A stretch of 64,000 bases of DNA from Hormiphora californensis (GCA_020137815.1 CM035354.1:5952001-6016000), one strand, 5' to 3'. Positions 23,372-42,500 are shown, counted from the first letter of the stretch. A program made the numbers and translations. The notes: a model not told the origin generated them from the letters alone.

Positions 23372-25340
23372 GATACCTTCCAGTTTGCCAGGCAGAAATA
23401 GACTTACTGGACCGAGAGGGTTGAAGGTGAGGTGACATATACCCACAGATGATCTGATACACCCTCATCTGTAATGGAAATATCGCTGATTAGTCCGGTC
23501 TGTTGGTGAACACGAGATCTACGTATTGTTGCCCCTGGTAGGGCCCTCTACAACCTGGGATAGAAAATTAGTGTCCATAAAGTCCGATACAACATTGTAG
23601 TTAGCTGATCAACTGGGACTGATGACCCGTCAACCCAATTAAAGAGTGGGAGATTAAAATCACCCGATAATACCACTTCTGGTAACCCCTCTCACTGTAC
23701 TTATCGATAAATGTCTGTAAGGTGTTCATTAGTCTCTGAAAGTCCAAAACACTCGACCTGAACGATAAACAGCAGCAAATATGGTTTTAATCTGGCCAAC
23801 ATAGACAGCTTTCATATGTTAAACGCACTAGCAAAACATGTACTATCAGAAAACGCCAGCGACGAGTGAACATACAGAGCACAGCCTCCACCGACTCTAC
23901 TCACTCTGTCACTCCTAAAAACATTATATCCCGGTATCTCAACCTGGGCATCTGAGTGATACCCTTTAAACCAGGTTTCAGTAACTGCAATGGCTACTGT
24001 AGGAGTTTTCTCATTTCTTATATAATCTCTAATAAGACCGAGTTTCCAGCACGTATCACCTCACCTGCGGACTTGACTCCTTGCATTAACAGTAATATGT
24101 TACTCGTAGTAGAAACAGTCCCTAACGATCTCCCATTGACTTAGAGTCGGGCGTATCGTCTCTATACTCTCGACCTCTTGTCTAGCATCTGTTTCATTCT
24201 CACTTCCATTCTCCCGAACAGTCTCTCTAAAAAGAATCCTCATCAAATCGGGTGGTTCACGGGTGTCTTGGAGCTACCACTCGTTTTGGGATCGTGGTAT
24301 CTCCGTATCCCTACATAGTTCGTCTCAGCCCTTCCGACACCAAAAGACAGGGTTCCGTTCCGATTGAGATTGAGAGTCTCGTCACTGCAACTCGTCGGGT
24401 GTTCTTGAGATGCTGAAACGACAGTCCTTCTTGAGGCATTCGTGCCTGAACTGGAAGAGCGGCAGATAGGTGGATGGTAGTATCTACACTCTTTCCCCAG
24501 CTGAACGCCGTATTTCTTCATGGACCCATGGGCGCAGTATCTCCGGCCATTGGGGGATGTGACTTCTGGCATGAAACTCCGTCGATCTTCTTCGTTCCGT
24601 AGCGGCCGTACTTGCACCGATTTTGTAGGTAGTGTTGGCACACCGGGATCGGCTTATCATCGTCTTTCTTCTTGCCCTCATCAGCCTCCTCCACACTGTT
24701 GATTTTATGACCGGTGGTTCTGCTGGTGTTCGGTTTGGTGTCTCCAACCTCTGACATGAAGCTAACCTCCTCCTTAGGGCGTCATCCGAAGCCTCACTTG
24801 CTGCCACTCTTGGGAGGGCTTGCAAACTCCCACTGGAACCACAAACTTTTCCAGTGTGTGTTTCTTGCAACACATGTGACAAATCCACTTGAAACCTGGA
24901 ATAGAGCACAGCGGTTGCTCCTGGATTAGGGTGCAATTATGGCTCCCTGCCCCACAACTTCCACAATTGAACCTGGATTTCTCACACCTTTTGATCACAT
25001 AGTCTTTCTCGCATGCCTCACAAAATTGCGAAATAGACTTTCAATAGCCTTATCAACCAGTCGATGAGACTGGCTTTGTCCCGGTACCGTTTTTCCTTTC
25101 CATCATCAGTACGGGGTTTCCCCCCAAGAAAAGCGCAGCCTCCTCAAAACAATGTCCGTAAAACGATCAAGTGCCTTGAGATTGGTCTGGTACCTTTTAG
25201 CTGTAGGACTGTAGGCCTTCACGATCCGTTTCACCTCGTCACTACAGTCGGGGTCATCACATAGCTCCGACAGCACTGCTTTCTGTTTCGCTAGTATCTC
25301 GTTTGACATATCCGGCATCGTCTTCCGGGGTGGTCAGGCA
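23372..25340 (-). mobile_element. Degenerate CR1/L2-type LINE, 5' portion (ORF1 with PHD and CCCH fingers, plus APE endonuclease)
   Basis: ORF1 pieces: FNCGSCGAGSHNC..GFKWICHMC and PVCQHYLQNRCKYG..GKECRYYHPPIC. Endonuclease motifs: AIAVTETWFK, IPGYNVFRSDR..RVGGGCALYV, VVLSGDFNLP. Frameshifted; no RT domain follows. Confidence 0.85.
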
Positions 25341-26075
25341 GACATTTGGCTGAAACTCAAATTAATTTGTTTAAAGTAGTGTTGAAAAGTTTGAAACTCA
25401 GATCCTAACGGTTAGATTACGCCTGGGGTTTGGGTTGGGGTTAGGACCTAACCCCAACCCAAACTCCAGGCGTAACCCTACTTTAGGCCGACACTCAAAA
25501 CACTTAGATTCTATTGTTTCCCTTCAAAAAAATCCCGCCCAGACTTAAATATTTCACAGCTGCGCTTTTCGCAATTTTAGTTTTTAGTTTTTCAAGAGAA
25601 TTTTGAATTTCGTCTGCACAAAAAATGGAAATATTTTAAAAACTCGGTTTTTTGGAGACAAATAAATAAAATTGTCTGCACAATTGACAAATTAAGCGCC
25701 GCGGCTAAAAGTTTGCCGAAAACGCTGCAAAAAGGGAGCCGCGCAGTCTTTACACACGCACTGTACTGCACAGTTCAGTTTTTAAAAAAAGTTTAAGAAA
25801 GTTTCACCCCTGAGGTCCCGGGCGCCGTTACGATCTGGGTGTTTACAGGCCAAACCACTCAACCGTTTTGGCTGATTCAAAGTTTATCTGGTAGGGAATG
25901 TCATGGCCTAATAAATTGTGCATAAACTTAAAACCCCAACCCAAACCCCAACCCTAACCCTAACCCTACTTTAGCCCTAACCCTAAAAAACCGTTTGTCA
26001 GCACTCCCAAAACACCCAGATTTTAACGCTGGCCTGAGGTCCCTAGGGATCCCTAATAAAGTTGTGACTTGTCAC

Positions 26076-26175
26076 NNNNNNNNNNNNNNNNNNNNNNNNN
26101 NNNNNNNNNNNNNNNNNNNNNNNNNNNNNNNNNNNNNNNNNNNNNNNNNNNNNNNNNNNNNNNNNNNNNNNNNNN
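26076..26175. other. Assembly gap (100 N)
   Basis: Run of N. Confidence 1.
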
Positions 26176-27072
26176 CATCACATAGCTCCGACAGCACTGC
26201 TTTCTGTTTCGCTAGTATCTCGTTTGACATATCCGGCATCGTCTTCCGGGGTGGTCAGGCAGACATTTGGCTGAAACTCAAATTAATTTGTTTAAAGTAG
26301 TGTTGAAAAGTTTGAAACTCAGATCCTAACGGTTAGATTACGCCTGGGGTTTGGGTTGGGGTTAGGACCTAACCCCAACCCAAACTCCAGGCGTAACCCT
26401 ACTTTAGGCCGACACTCAAAACACTTAGATTCTATTGTTTCCCTTCAAAAAATCCCGCCCAGACTTAAATATTTCACAGCTGCGCTTTTCGCAATTTTAG
26501 TTTTTAGTTTTTCAAGAGAATTTTGAATTTCGTCTGCACAAAAAATGGAAATATTTTAAAAACTCGGTTTTTTGGAGACAAATAAATAAAATTGTCTGCA
26601 CAATTGACAAATTAAGCGCCGCGGCTAAAAGTTTGCCGAAAACGCTGCAAAAAGGGAGCCGCGCAGTCTGTGTTGCAGTTGCAGCATGCTGATTGCTGTG
26701 CTGCAGCACTCGTTTTTTACGGAAAACGTTAAAATCTGTTTTGAAAAGCGCTGCCTTATCCCGCGATGCTATCGGGGGCCAGCAGGCAGCAACGTTTGCC
26801 AAGGTGTGCGTTTATTATCTGAGACCCCGGTGTGGGATTGCTGTTTCTCCAAAAAAGAGTTAAAATCTGGGTGTTGTGAGTGTCAGTTGGAATACGGCGC
26901 TGCAGCCCCCTCATGCGTGCACCGGGCACCCCCGCAAGGGGCCTGCAGCGTATGCCAAGAGTGTCAGCACTAATGGTGTTTTAGGGTTATGGCTAAATAA
27001 GGGTTAGAGCTGAGGTTGGGCCTTGGGGTTGAGGCTTAAGATTTACTATCAGATAAACTTTGAATTAGCCAA

Positions 27073-27520
27073 AAATACAAATACAAATACAAATACAAAT
27101 ATACATTTATTGTCCGCTTTTCATTGTCCATATTATAAAGAACAACACGAGTTCTGTTAGGTCTTGACTACTAGCATCACTTGGTGCGGACTTCGTCTCA
27201 CTAACTCTCGTTTCAAAAGCGGTTAGTTTTATACCAAAGATTTCCAGATATTTTTCAAAGAGATATTTTCTGAGGGTAATTTTTGTTAGTTAAACCATAT
27301 TTAAATCGGATGATGAAATATACTGTCTCTGCTTACTGCAGATTAATAGAATATGCTCTTGGATCTAGAGATCCAGAAATGAATATTTTAGCTCCAGGGC
27401 TTTAGCCCTTAAACAATCGATACTGTCTTATACAACCTGGATGAGGACTGATGATCCGACTGCTTCACCTGTAGGAGAACCAAGGAGCGGAAGAGAAGTC
27501 ATACTCGCTGTAGCCTGCAT
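27073..27520 (-). mobile_element. Probable LINE 3' end with (GTATTT)n tail
   Basis: On the minus strand, AATAAA is followed by tandem GTATTT repeats (27074-27105), as in CR1/L2 3' tails. Body not identified. Confidence 0.35.
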
Positions 27521-28078
27521 CTCACCACACTGGCTGTACTTCTATAAGTAAAGCCCAACACACTCCACTACACCACACCATACCGACTGTACTTCTATAA
27601 GTAAAGCCCAACACACTCCACTGCACCACACCATACTGGCAGCTGCGCTTTTCGAAGAGCAATCGTCTGCACAAAAAATGGAAATATTTTAAAAACTCGG
27701 TTTTTTGGAGACAAATAAATAAAATTGTCTGCACAATTGACAAATTAAGCGCCGCGGCTAAAAGTTTGCCGAAAACGCTGCAAAAAGGGAGCCGCGCAGT
27801 CTTTACACACGCACTGTACTGCACAGTTCAGTTTTTAAAAAAAGTTTAAGAAAGTTTCACCCCTGAGGTCCCGGGCGCCGTTACGATCTGGGTGTTTACA
27901 GGCCAAACCACTCAACCGTTTTGGCTGATTCAAAGTTTATCTGGTAGGGAATGTCATGGCCTAATAAATTGTGCATAAACTTAAAACCCCAACCCAAACC
28001 CCAACCCTAACCCTAACCCTACTTTAGCCCTAACCCTAAAAAACCGTTTGTCAGCACTCCCAAAACACCCAGATTTTA

Positions 28079-28339
28079 ACGCTGGCCTGAGGTCCCTAGG
28101 GATCCCTAATAAAGTTGTGACTTGTCACTGTAGTCTTGCGGAGGCACAGTTGTGACTTGTCACTGCGTGTGCGCGTACCAAAACGCACGTGGTTCCCACT
28201 GCGCGTAGCTGCGGCGTGGCGTAAACCATGCGGTGACAAGTTACAATCGCGCATTTTGAAGCCGCGCCGCCACGGGAACCACATGTTTGGTGACAAGTCA
28301 CAACTTTATTAGGGATCCCTAGGGACCTCAGGCCAGCGT
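28079..28339. mobile_element. MITE with ~50-bp perfect TIRs (partial second copy at ~26026-26075)
   Basis: ACGCTGGCCTGAGGTCCCTAGGGATCCCTAATAAAGTTGTGACTTGTCAC and its exact reverse complement. Confidence 0.8.
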
Positions 28340-29686
28340 ACTAGTGGGTTGTGTAGTTTATTATAAAAAGTTTAAAGTTGCAGCACTCGCGTTTTTACAG
28401 TTGTGATTGTCAGCACTCATGGTGTTTTGGGCCTTAGGAGTTAGGGTTATGGCTAAATCAGGCTTAGGGCTGAGGTTGGGCCTCGGGGTTGAGGCTTAAG
28501 ATTTACTATCAGCCAAAAAATGTCTAGTGGTTTGGTGGTTAGATTTTAGAACTTAGAGCCATTTGTGTCCTTTAGCGTTTCCGCAGTCAACAAGTGTGTC
28601 CGGGGGCCACTCACTTATAATGATCTCTATGCATTGTTGAATGCGTCTCCGCTTCTCCGGTCCTCAGCTCGTTTCCCGGTAGTTAGTGCATCACGTCCAA
28701 GTCGGTGACTCTTCCGGTGCTCGGGTGGCTTCCGGTGGTCGAAGTTCTAGATTTCAGGCTAGTTAAGGGTAAAACACGATCTGAGATCGTCGATATCAAC
28801 CAGAATCATGCATGTGCATTTTCTCAACTGCCATGTGACCTGATGCTTCAATTTCGTTTTTATGGTGTTCATTGGAAAGATAAATTCAACCCAACGAAAA
28901 ATAACACAATGATGGAAAATTAGGATGCTCATATCATAAATGAACGAAAAATGAATGAAGGAATGAAAAATGAATTTTCGAATTTTCGACAAAAAATATG
29001 AAAAAAGTTACCAAGGAATTGATCCAGAGTGCTCCCATAATTTTTTCCCTGCCCGGGTGGATGCCCGAAGGGCATCTACCCGGATGATCGTTTTAGCACG
29101 TGTGCTAAAAAGATCATAAAGGGTTTAGAAATCTCGGATTTGAAATAGTAACTCGAGCGTGGTCAAAATCGCGTGTGTCACGGTAGCAGCATAGTAACTG
29201 CTCCTTCATAAAATCAAATAACTGTTTTGATGAAATATGATGTCAGGACGCTTATTTTTCAAAGCTGTGCGCGGCGCTGACAACACTGTTGCTGAAGGGG
29301 TGAGGGTAAAGCAGTAACACTGTGTAACTGCATACATACAGGACGCATGCATCTCACATTGCGACCAAGCCTTTATATTGTGATAGTGTGATACTGATCC
29401 TGTCGACGGAGGGCAGGGAAACACCGCATTATGAATACATAATGCAATAATTCTTGTTATTCTCGCAACTATCAAGTATCAGCGTTTTGACGCCATACCT
29501 CGCTAACCATGACCAACAATCCGTAGGCCACCTTGTACAATAATTGTCCACGAAATCGCGTTCTGCAATAGATCCTTGTATGTTTACCCCATGCACCCTC
29601 TAGAAGAAGAGGCACTGCGACATCCAAAATTATTCGAGTCGACTTTCTGATACAGATTCTCTGGACTCTGCTAGAAGTCGTTTTAA

Positions 29687-30267
29687 AGGGCCTAAAAACC
29701 CAAATTTTATTTAATTATTTTGAACACTACATCGTAATAAGCATGCTATTGGAGTCCCAAAAAAACATAGGTATACGCCCCACCCGCCCAATGTGAGCCC
29801 AGGGGGAGCCCCTCAAGTTGGGGCCCAGTTGGGGTCCCTTGTAAACGCGCTTGTACTCCTTGAAATGCTAACAATATGATCCTCTCTGAAATTTGAAGTT
29901 TTGGGTAAAATTTAGCATTGTGTTTCAGGTGAGAACATAATCTTTCTTGTCTTTGTATTCTGGTAATTTTTCTCCTAGTTTTGATAGGCTTAAATAATAA
30001 TTGATGAGAAAGATTATGAAATCTACTAAAACACAATGATAGTTTCTATCCTAAATTTTATATCTGAGAGAGGATCATATTGTTAGCATTTCAAGGAGTA
30101 CAAGCGCGTTTACAAGGGGACCCCAAATGGCCCCCAACTTGAGTGGCTCCCCCTGGGCTCACCTGGGGCCCGTGTGGCGTGTACCTATGTTTTTTGGGAC
30201 TCCAATAGCATGCTTGTTACGATGTAGTGTTCAAAATAATTAAATAAAATTTGGGTTTTTAGGCCCT
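29687..30267. mobile_element. Non-autonomous DNA transposon, TTAA TSD, purine termini (Kolobok-like), ~200-bp TIRs
   Basis: TTAA|AGGGCCTAAAAACCC...GGGTTTTTAGGCCCT|TTAA. Confidence 0.8.
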
Positions 30268-30717
30268 TTAAGGTAATTTTTGGGTACATACTATCTGACT
30301 TTACTATGAAAAAAGACTAAACGTTGTAACAAGACTCCATCAGCTCACTTTATTTGTGTCGCAGTCAGGACTCACCTCCATCAGCCCATGTTATTGCCAA
30401 TACCCTCTGCCTCTGTTCCATCCAGTTTCTTGGAAATTACACCGGTACCAGCACCTGACCGCATCAGGTGATATCTGGCAGTCGCTCATATATTGAAACA
30501 TCCCTGGCCCATTTGTTATAGACTACTTGGCTACAGCTGCTTGAGAATCGTTTTAACAGACATTATAATGGGAAACTCTACTTTTGTAAACCTCTCTGTC
30601 CACGGTGACTCTGGAGGAGGTGTAAATGGTTGGTCTGGGCGTGCACACCTCGTATGTTTTTATCAGCCTGGTTTCCTGAAACTAGACACCGCTTGGCGCT
30701 TGCTTATCACTGTCTGA

Positions 30718-30810
<93 letters not shown>

Positions 30811-31320
30811 TTTCTCTCACTCTCTTTCTCTCTCTCTCCCTCCCCTTCTATCTGACAGTCCTTCCATCGGCTTCTCCAAGAAATACAAAACCTCGACGAG
30901 TCATCCTTGGAAGTGGGAACCTTTATTTGAGAGAGATGTCGTGACTGAAATAACCAGCTGAATGATGTAGCAGATGACGTATGCGAATGAATTATGCAAT
31001 ATCTCATTCCTCAAGAGACCGCTAGTCTATCATTACATCTGTGCATGTACTTTTCCTATGTGGCTAAGTGATACCCATTATATCATCTCCTAATTTGGTG
31101 TTAAAAAGCTTTTATTGAGCGTGCTTTCTCTATTATCACTGATGGACTTGAAATTAACAAATTTATGCAGTATGCACCCTTTATAACGGAATTTTCTCTC
31201 ATATTTATTTCCTATTATATATTTAGTGTTACAGTCCCAGCGATCCTCAAATTATAATTATCTCACCTAGAATATTAAACCAAACTATAATAAATATTGA
31301 CACATTCTTCAGCGTGACAT

Positions 31321-36674
<5,354 letters not shown>

Positions 36675-36734
36675 GGAGCTCTTTTCTTCCTTTCTGGAGA
36701 GTGTGTTAGAAAGGGGCGAGATATAGGATTATGT

Positions 36735-38143
36735 GGTGACCCACTTCTCTGGCCACTACAACTCTGGCTACTACAACTCTGGCTACTACAACTCTGGCTA
36801 GTAGCCACAGTTGTATACAACTCTGGCTACTAGGAGTGCACCTCTGGCTACCAAACGACCCCGCCTATGTATGCAACAGAACACCGACTCATTAGGTGAT
36901 AGGTAGCTAGGTACACGCATAAATATACACGAGTTAGGTAATAGGTTATTGGTTTGCTGGATAAAGTACTGATAAGTTGAGAACATGGTGATTGCTTCCA
37001 GGCCAACCCCAAGGAATCGAATCCCGCCACTACAGCAACCTCCGCACCTAACAACACCAAGAGCTCTGACAACAACAGCGGAAAGACCGAGACCCTCCGT
37101 CGGCCGTCTACTAAGATAGTAAACGTGGACAGCGGATACTCGCCAGAAACGGAGACTCAGATCGAACTCATCAGCCGTAAACCTGACATCGTTTCACCCG
37201 AGCTATTCAAGAAAAACATAGTTTTCGGGGATCAAGTTAACCTCAGATAATTTTCCAACCTTTAGGTGTAGAGGTCTGAAACTTCTTTTAAGTTGACCTT
37301 GTAACTAGATCTATCATTCAGTACTAAATTTAGCTTCTCAGCAATTGTGGTTCATGAATAAATGAGGTTAACATTGAATTTTGGACAAAAGTTAACCTTA
37401 CTTTTCTCCAAGACGGTGCACAAAAAATCGATTCTGAGCACATCATCTGGTCCGGCTCTTCCTCGGTCCCCTACCTCTGAACCCTCGCCTGGAAGCTGAT
37501 CTAGTCAGGCTGTCCGCTACCTGACCCCGAGACCCAACCTCAATTGCCATGTTGAAACACTTCCAACCATTAGCAGGACAAATAAGCTGATCCCACCAGT
37601 TCACCGTCTTTATCTCTCGTGAGAATTCAATATAAGATCAGGCCTGCTTTGGTCTCAGGGATAGAATGAAGCCAACCATTCTCTCCCCCATATCGTACAG
37701 GCTTCTCCAGCTGACTGTCAGGCCAATGCTTTGACCACATTTCTCATGTGAGAAACGAAAATGGGTCAAGCCAATACTCTGACAGCCAGCTGAACACATG
37801 AATCCCATCGGGACTACATCCTCTCTCCAAGCCAACCACATCTGACTGAACGTCTAATTGCATGGTCTCTACTGCAGTCCTCTCTTGGTATAACCTCTTA
37901 AGAACTCTGTCGATCACAGCACCTATCGTCTCACTGTCCGACACCTTCTCCCAAGGATACGTCCCTGACAACGATATAATAACGTGTAATACGGCGTTAT
38001 ATTTCTTCTATAAGCGGGACTTCGTAATAGCCAGAGTTGCACCCCTAGTAGCCAGAGTTGTATACAACTGTGGCTACTAGCCAGAGTTGTAATAGCCAGA
38101 GTTGTAGTAGCCAGAGTTGTAGTGGCCAGAGAAGTGGGTAATC
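36735..38143. mobile_element. Mutator-like (MULE/foldback) element with 9-bp TSD in the SGK 3' region, carrying a non-LTR retrotransposon fragment
   Basis: TSD GGATTATGT at 36726-36734 and 38144-38152. TIRs of ~115 bp built from 15-bp CTACAACTCTGGCTA units. Confidence 0.85.
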
Positions 38144-39554
38144 GGATTATGTTAGGCAGCCTGGCGGGAGTTGTATGGATTTGATTCCCGACAATATTGT
38201 TTGGACTTCCTGAGCGAGAGAGATTGTTTCGTCCGAAAGAGACCCATTTGTGTTATTGTTTTGTGTGACGTGTGTGTGATTGTGTGTGACGTGTGTACTG
38301 TGTTATCTATTATATGTGTGACGAGTGAGTAAGGTGGGAACGAGAGATTGAGAGAGAGAGAATACGTTTGTTTGTAGTTGGTACGTTTGTGTATGTAGAG
38401 TTTGATCTTTTTATACAACTGGTATTCACACAAAAGAGAGGTCCTAAATCCTCCAATGACCAAATGTATTTCTTGGTTATCATGATCCTCATCAAATCTT
38501 AATGAGAAATAAGGATCATGGTGTAACGCGATTTATGTGTCTGTGTGAATTCCGGTGAATTTGATTCTATCTTGGGGAAATCTTGTGTGTCCTATTATTA
38601 TTAGAGATGTTGAAGATTTATTAACGCTAATATATAACTCATTTATAGAGTTAGTGTGCTAACTTGATAGCTAGGTTAGCAGTTCACTAGAACCGATGAT
38701 GTTTCCTATCGGAGTGTTTAGCAGGTGGGGAAGACACGTCCGGGGGTAAGATCTGTCAGGCCAATGCATTGACCGCAGTTCGTTTGAAAGAAATGAAAAT
38801 CTGAATAGGATTAGGCCACTGCTCTGACTTCCCCCTTACTCAACAACCTCTGACAGGGTACAATAATTTTAGTAAATTTCTTATCTTACCCTATCAGAGC
38901 ATTGGCCTATTCAGATTTTCATTTCTTTATTTTACCCCTAGCAGCCTAGTGAACCATGAGATGTGTGAGCTAGTTGTGGAACTAGGTTCTCCAGGACTTC
39001 TCCTTGTTCCAGGGATTGAGAACCCTGTATTTTTGTAACTGTGTGTTTGTGTTGACAAGTTCCATTTATCCATCATTTCATATGTTGTCGAAATGGGATG
39101 GTATAAATGGAACTTGTGTTTGTGATATATGTTGGTATGATGCTTTTCTGGTCCTCCTGTATTTATATCCCACAAATGTTCTTCTATTTGTGAAAGCCGA
39201 GGGGAGTTTTGAGCATTTTATCTCGTATCACTTTGCCTTTTTTACCTTTTTACAAACTCCTAAATAACGTGTTCTCTGTTTTGATAAAACGAATTTGTCG
39301 AAAATAAACTCGTGTGCCAGCTCAATGGAATGCTGCAGTGGCCAATCGGAATGGGAATTCATCTTTTGCTTGTCAAAACAGGACATTGATTGCGCGGAAA
39401 CTCATTTGCGCGGCACTCAAAAATGCGCGCGCAAAGTTTAAATTCATTTGCATGCGAAAAATCTCGTTTTAAAAAAACACACTTTTCCGTCAAAAAACTT
39501 TCGTGTCTTTTCCTCGTTAAAACTTAAAACTGAAACACCCCTAACCAGTTTGTT

Positions 39555-42500
39555 ATGGATAAGGGGTTCGTTGTAGATGGACGAAGAGCAACCCAACGTA
39601 TTCAGCCGCTGAACTATTTTAATCCCCGGGTTAACAGCATTCGGGGGAGCATTCACCAAGCCCACGGACCCGGAATTTATAATTCAAGTGTCCGTCCGAC
39701 CCGGGTAGGCCGGAGCATTGCCCCCGATCTCCATCCCTTGTGCACAAAGGGACGTGTCAGACAGTTCTTGTATGACTTCACAGAGAGCAAAAGTTTCCAT
39801 GTGTTCATGCTGCTAATAATTCTAAGCAACACTGGCCTGATCGGTCTTCAAACGATTCCTTCCATCCAAAACTCTATCGGTTGGTATCTCTCCCTGTTGA
39901 ACATCTTTTATCTCGCCGTTTACATCATGGAATTCGCTCTAAAACTGGGTGCACTGTTCCACAAGTATTTTTGTGATCGGTGGAACCTGTTCGATTTCTT
40001 CATCGTCATTACATCTCTCGTGGATTTCGTTTGGCCCATGGTTATGACTGCTTCCCTGGCAGTTGACACGGATATATTCCGTATTTTCCGTCTTCTCAAA
40101 TCACTGCGAGCACTCCGTGCTCTCCGGGTGATTAGAACCATCCAATTCTTGAAGAACCTCCAGATTACAGTGAGCGCCATCGTTCAGTCCATTCCTGCTC
40201 TGAGCAGCATTATCATGTTGATCAGTTTGGTTCTTTACATCTTTGCTATTGTGGGCAAAGGATTGTACGCTGAGGTCGATGAGAAACGATTTGGAAACAT
40301 AGGTTAGTTATGAAAAATCTAAAAATATATGGCCAGCTTTAGCTCACCACCAGTTTTATCTCCTCGCAGGTTTCGCAGCGTTTACCCTTTTCCAACTGCT
40401 CACCCTGGACGATTGGTTCTTTATGTTCACGGAAGTTCGAAATAACCACCCTGAGTACTGGCACATTCTCATCTATCTGGTTATCTTTATCGTGCTGGAG
40501 AACTTCATTTTCATCAACTTGTTCATTGCCGTCATTGTGGACAACCTTGAGAGGTGAGCTGCATAGTGTTCTTTGTGTGTTTCTTCTTTGTGTGTTTGTT
40601 ATTTCTGTGGTGAGCTCGTTTTAAACATTCCAAAAATGCAAAGTTAGGAAGAGAAAGGGGGGCTAGGTACTTATTCTATTATGCTGTTTTGTGGTCCTGG
40701 TTCTAGGCAACATATAATAATAAGAAGAATGAGTTGCAAGTGAGAGAGAAAGACCTCATATATTATACCCGTTGCTAGGTAGTACACATCTTCTAGTGGT
40801 GGTGGTGGTGGCCAGAATGCAGTATGTCGCTATAATACTCCAACATTTCCCTGGGTGCTCTTGGGAATCTCGCTGTATTAGGTGGCACACGGCAATCGAG
40901 CTCTTACACTTTGAGATTAATCCTAGCTCTTTAATTTCCCCTCCTAAACCACTTTTATATCGTTAGTCTGGCATAATAAGAGAGCTATAAGAGTGTCATG
41001 AGTGGCCTCTATATATGTGAGATGGGTAGTGAGATAGATTTGGAAGATAGAGAGAGAGAGAGGGAGAGAAGTTTGTAACACACAAAGCGCACGTGTGAGC
41101 TGCTTTTATGTCTGGGGGAATCACTGTGGGAAATTGTCGGTGGTACTCATTGTACGATCATTACAAAAGTATACTTCATCTCTCACACAGTGCAAGCTGG
41201 TGAGTCATTATTACAATGCTTTCTCTAACACCTTCTAGTCATTCACACACTCGAGGATGTCATATTGATTCTCTTGTCTCTGTAATTAATCTTGCCAATC
41301 TTACCAGTCTTCCAATTACAACATGAGCCGAAAGAGGCGTATATTTCGGGTTATAATGTTGTAATTGGTTGCCTTGCTCGACGGCCTGTTCCACGCCCCG
41401 CACATGTATATAATAACAAGTAATTGTCTAGTTGATCCCAACAGTCATCCTCCCCTGAACTAGCATGATCATGAGTTGTTGAGTACTATACCCCGATGAT
41501 ACTCGACAAAACAAGAGGGAGTCATCAGTCAGCTCGTATTGTTGGACAGGAGTCCCGCATATTGTTCCATGGACTTGCTGCTATGAGTTCTGCTGTAAAA
41601 GAGAGCGTGTTTTAAACTCTCTCACCTCGCTATTGCTTGCCTGGATCTGTCCCCCTACTTTTGCTCTGTATTTGCATGTCATGGAGAGATTTGAGATGGA
41701 CCTGGCTTCCTAATATTTTTCCTTTTCGTGCTTCTTCCATACATCTCTCTCCCCATCTCTCTCCCTCTGTCTCTCTCCCTCTGTCTCATTACATTTTAGT
41801 CACCAAATTGCATTTTGGCCAGCCCAGCTCTATCTTTGTTACTATCTCCTATATATAGGTCTCTCGCAGATAATGCTAGCATTTTTTGTTAATTTTCCCT
41901 TCATTTGGTAGCCTAACCCAAATTCATCCAGTTTCATAATGTTTGGTCGTGTTACGGTTCATGTCTCTCTCATTGTGTTGGGTCTCTGAGTGGTCTCTGA
42001 TGGTATTGGGGAATATTCCAAATTTAATTACAGTACAACACAGTGCCCTTTTATCCATTTCAGAATCCAGTGTATATTATATATATGCTGTATGTATTTC
42101 ATTTGTATGTACCTTTACTTACTAGGACCAACAACTGCACTTCAATCATAGCATGTAGCACCACTCACTCCACTCTTGTCATATTTCAGGGCACACGCCA
42201 CTGCAAAGGAGGAGTCTCTTGACCAAAGTGCGAGCGTTAACTCCTTGGATTCAGAGGAGGTTGTAACTGCCATGGCACTTGATGAGTGAGTGATGGGTCC
42301 CTTCCCAATTCCTATATATTATTAAACCACATAGCTACCCTCACATATAATAATATTCACTATACATCACTCACACATCACACTAAACATCACTCAACTC
42401 ACACACATCACACACCCAACTCACATATATCACACATCACACTCACACACACGCATTCAACTCACACTAAACTCACACACTCAACTCACACACACTCACA

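Larger units (their letters stand above)
22150..28520. repeat. Complex repeat cluster: several copies/arms of an element with telomere-like (TAACCC) tracts, plus nested insertions
   Basis: Related blocks GTTACGATCTGGGTGTTTA...AACCCT...AACACCCAGATT at ~22150-22410, ~25828-26025, ~27881-28078. Inverted versions at ~26865-27075 and ~28410-28520. Shared block ending AAAGGGAGCCGCGCAGT at ~23340, ~25747, ~26667, ~27800. Confidence 0.75.

Noticed and set aside
25933-28040. (TAACCC)n as a true telomere or fusion site
   Set aside because: Only 2-3 perfect units, embedded at the same position in a repeated module.
28610-28800. GC-rich segment ending in a minus-strand GTGAGT donor
   Set aside because: May be a non-coding first exon, but no ORF or partner exon could be assigned.
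41440-41745. Possible antisense mini-gene in CatSper intron 2 (GTGAG donor and TTTTACAG acceptor on the minus strand)
   Set aside because: All frames close within ~40 codons; no supporting similarity.
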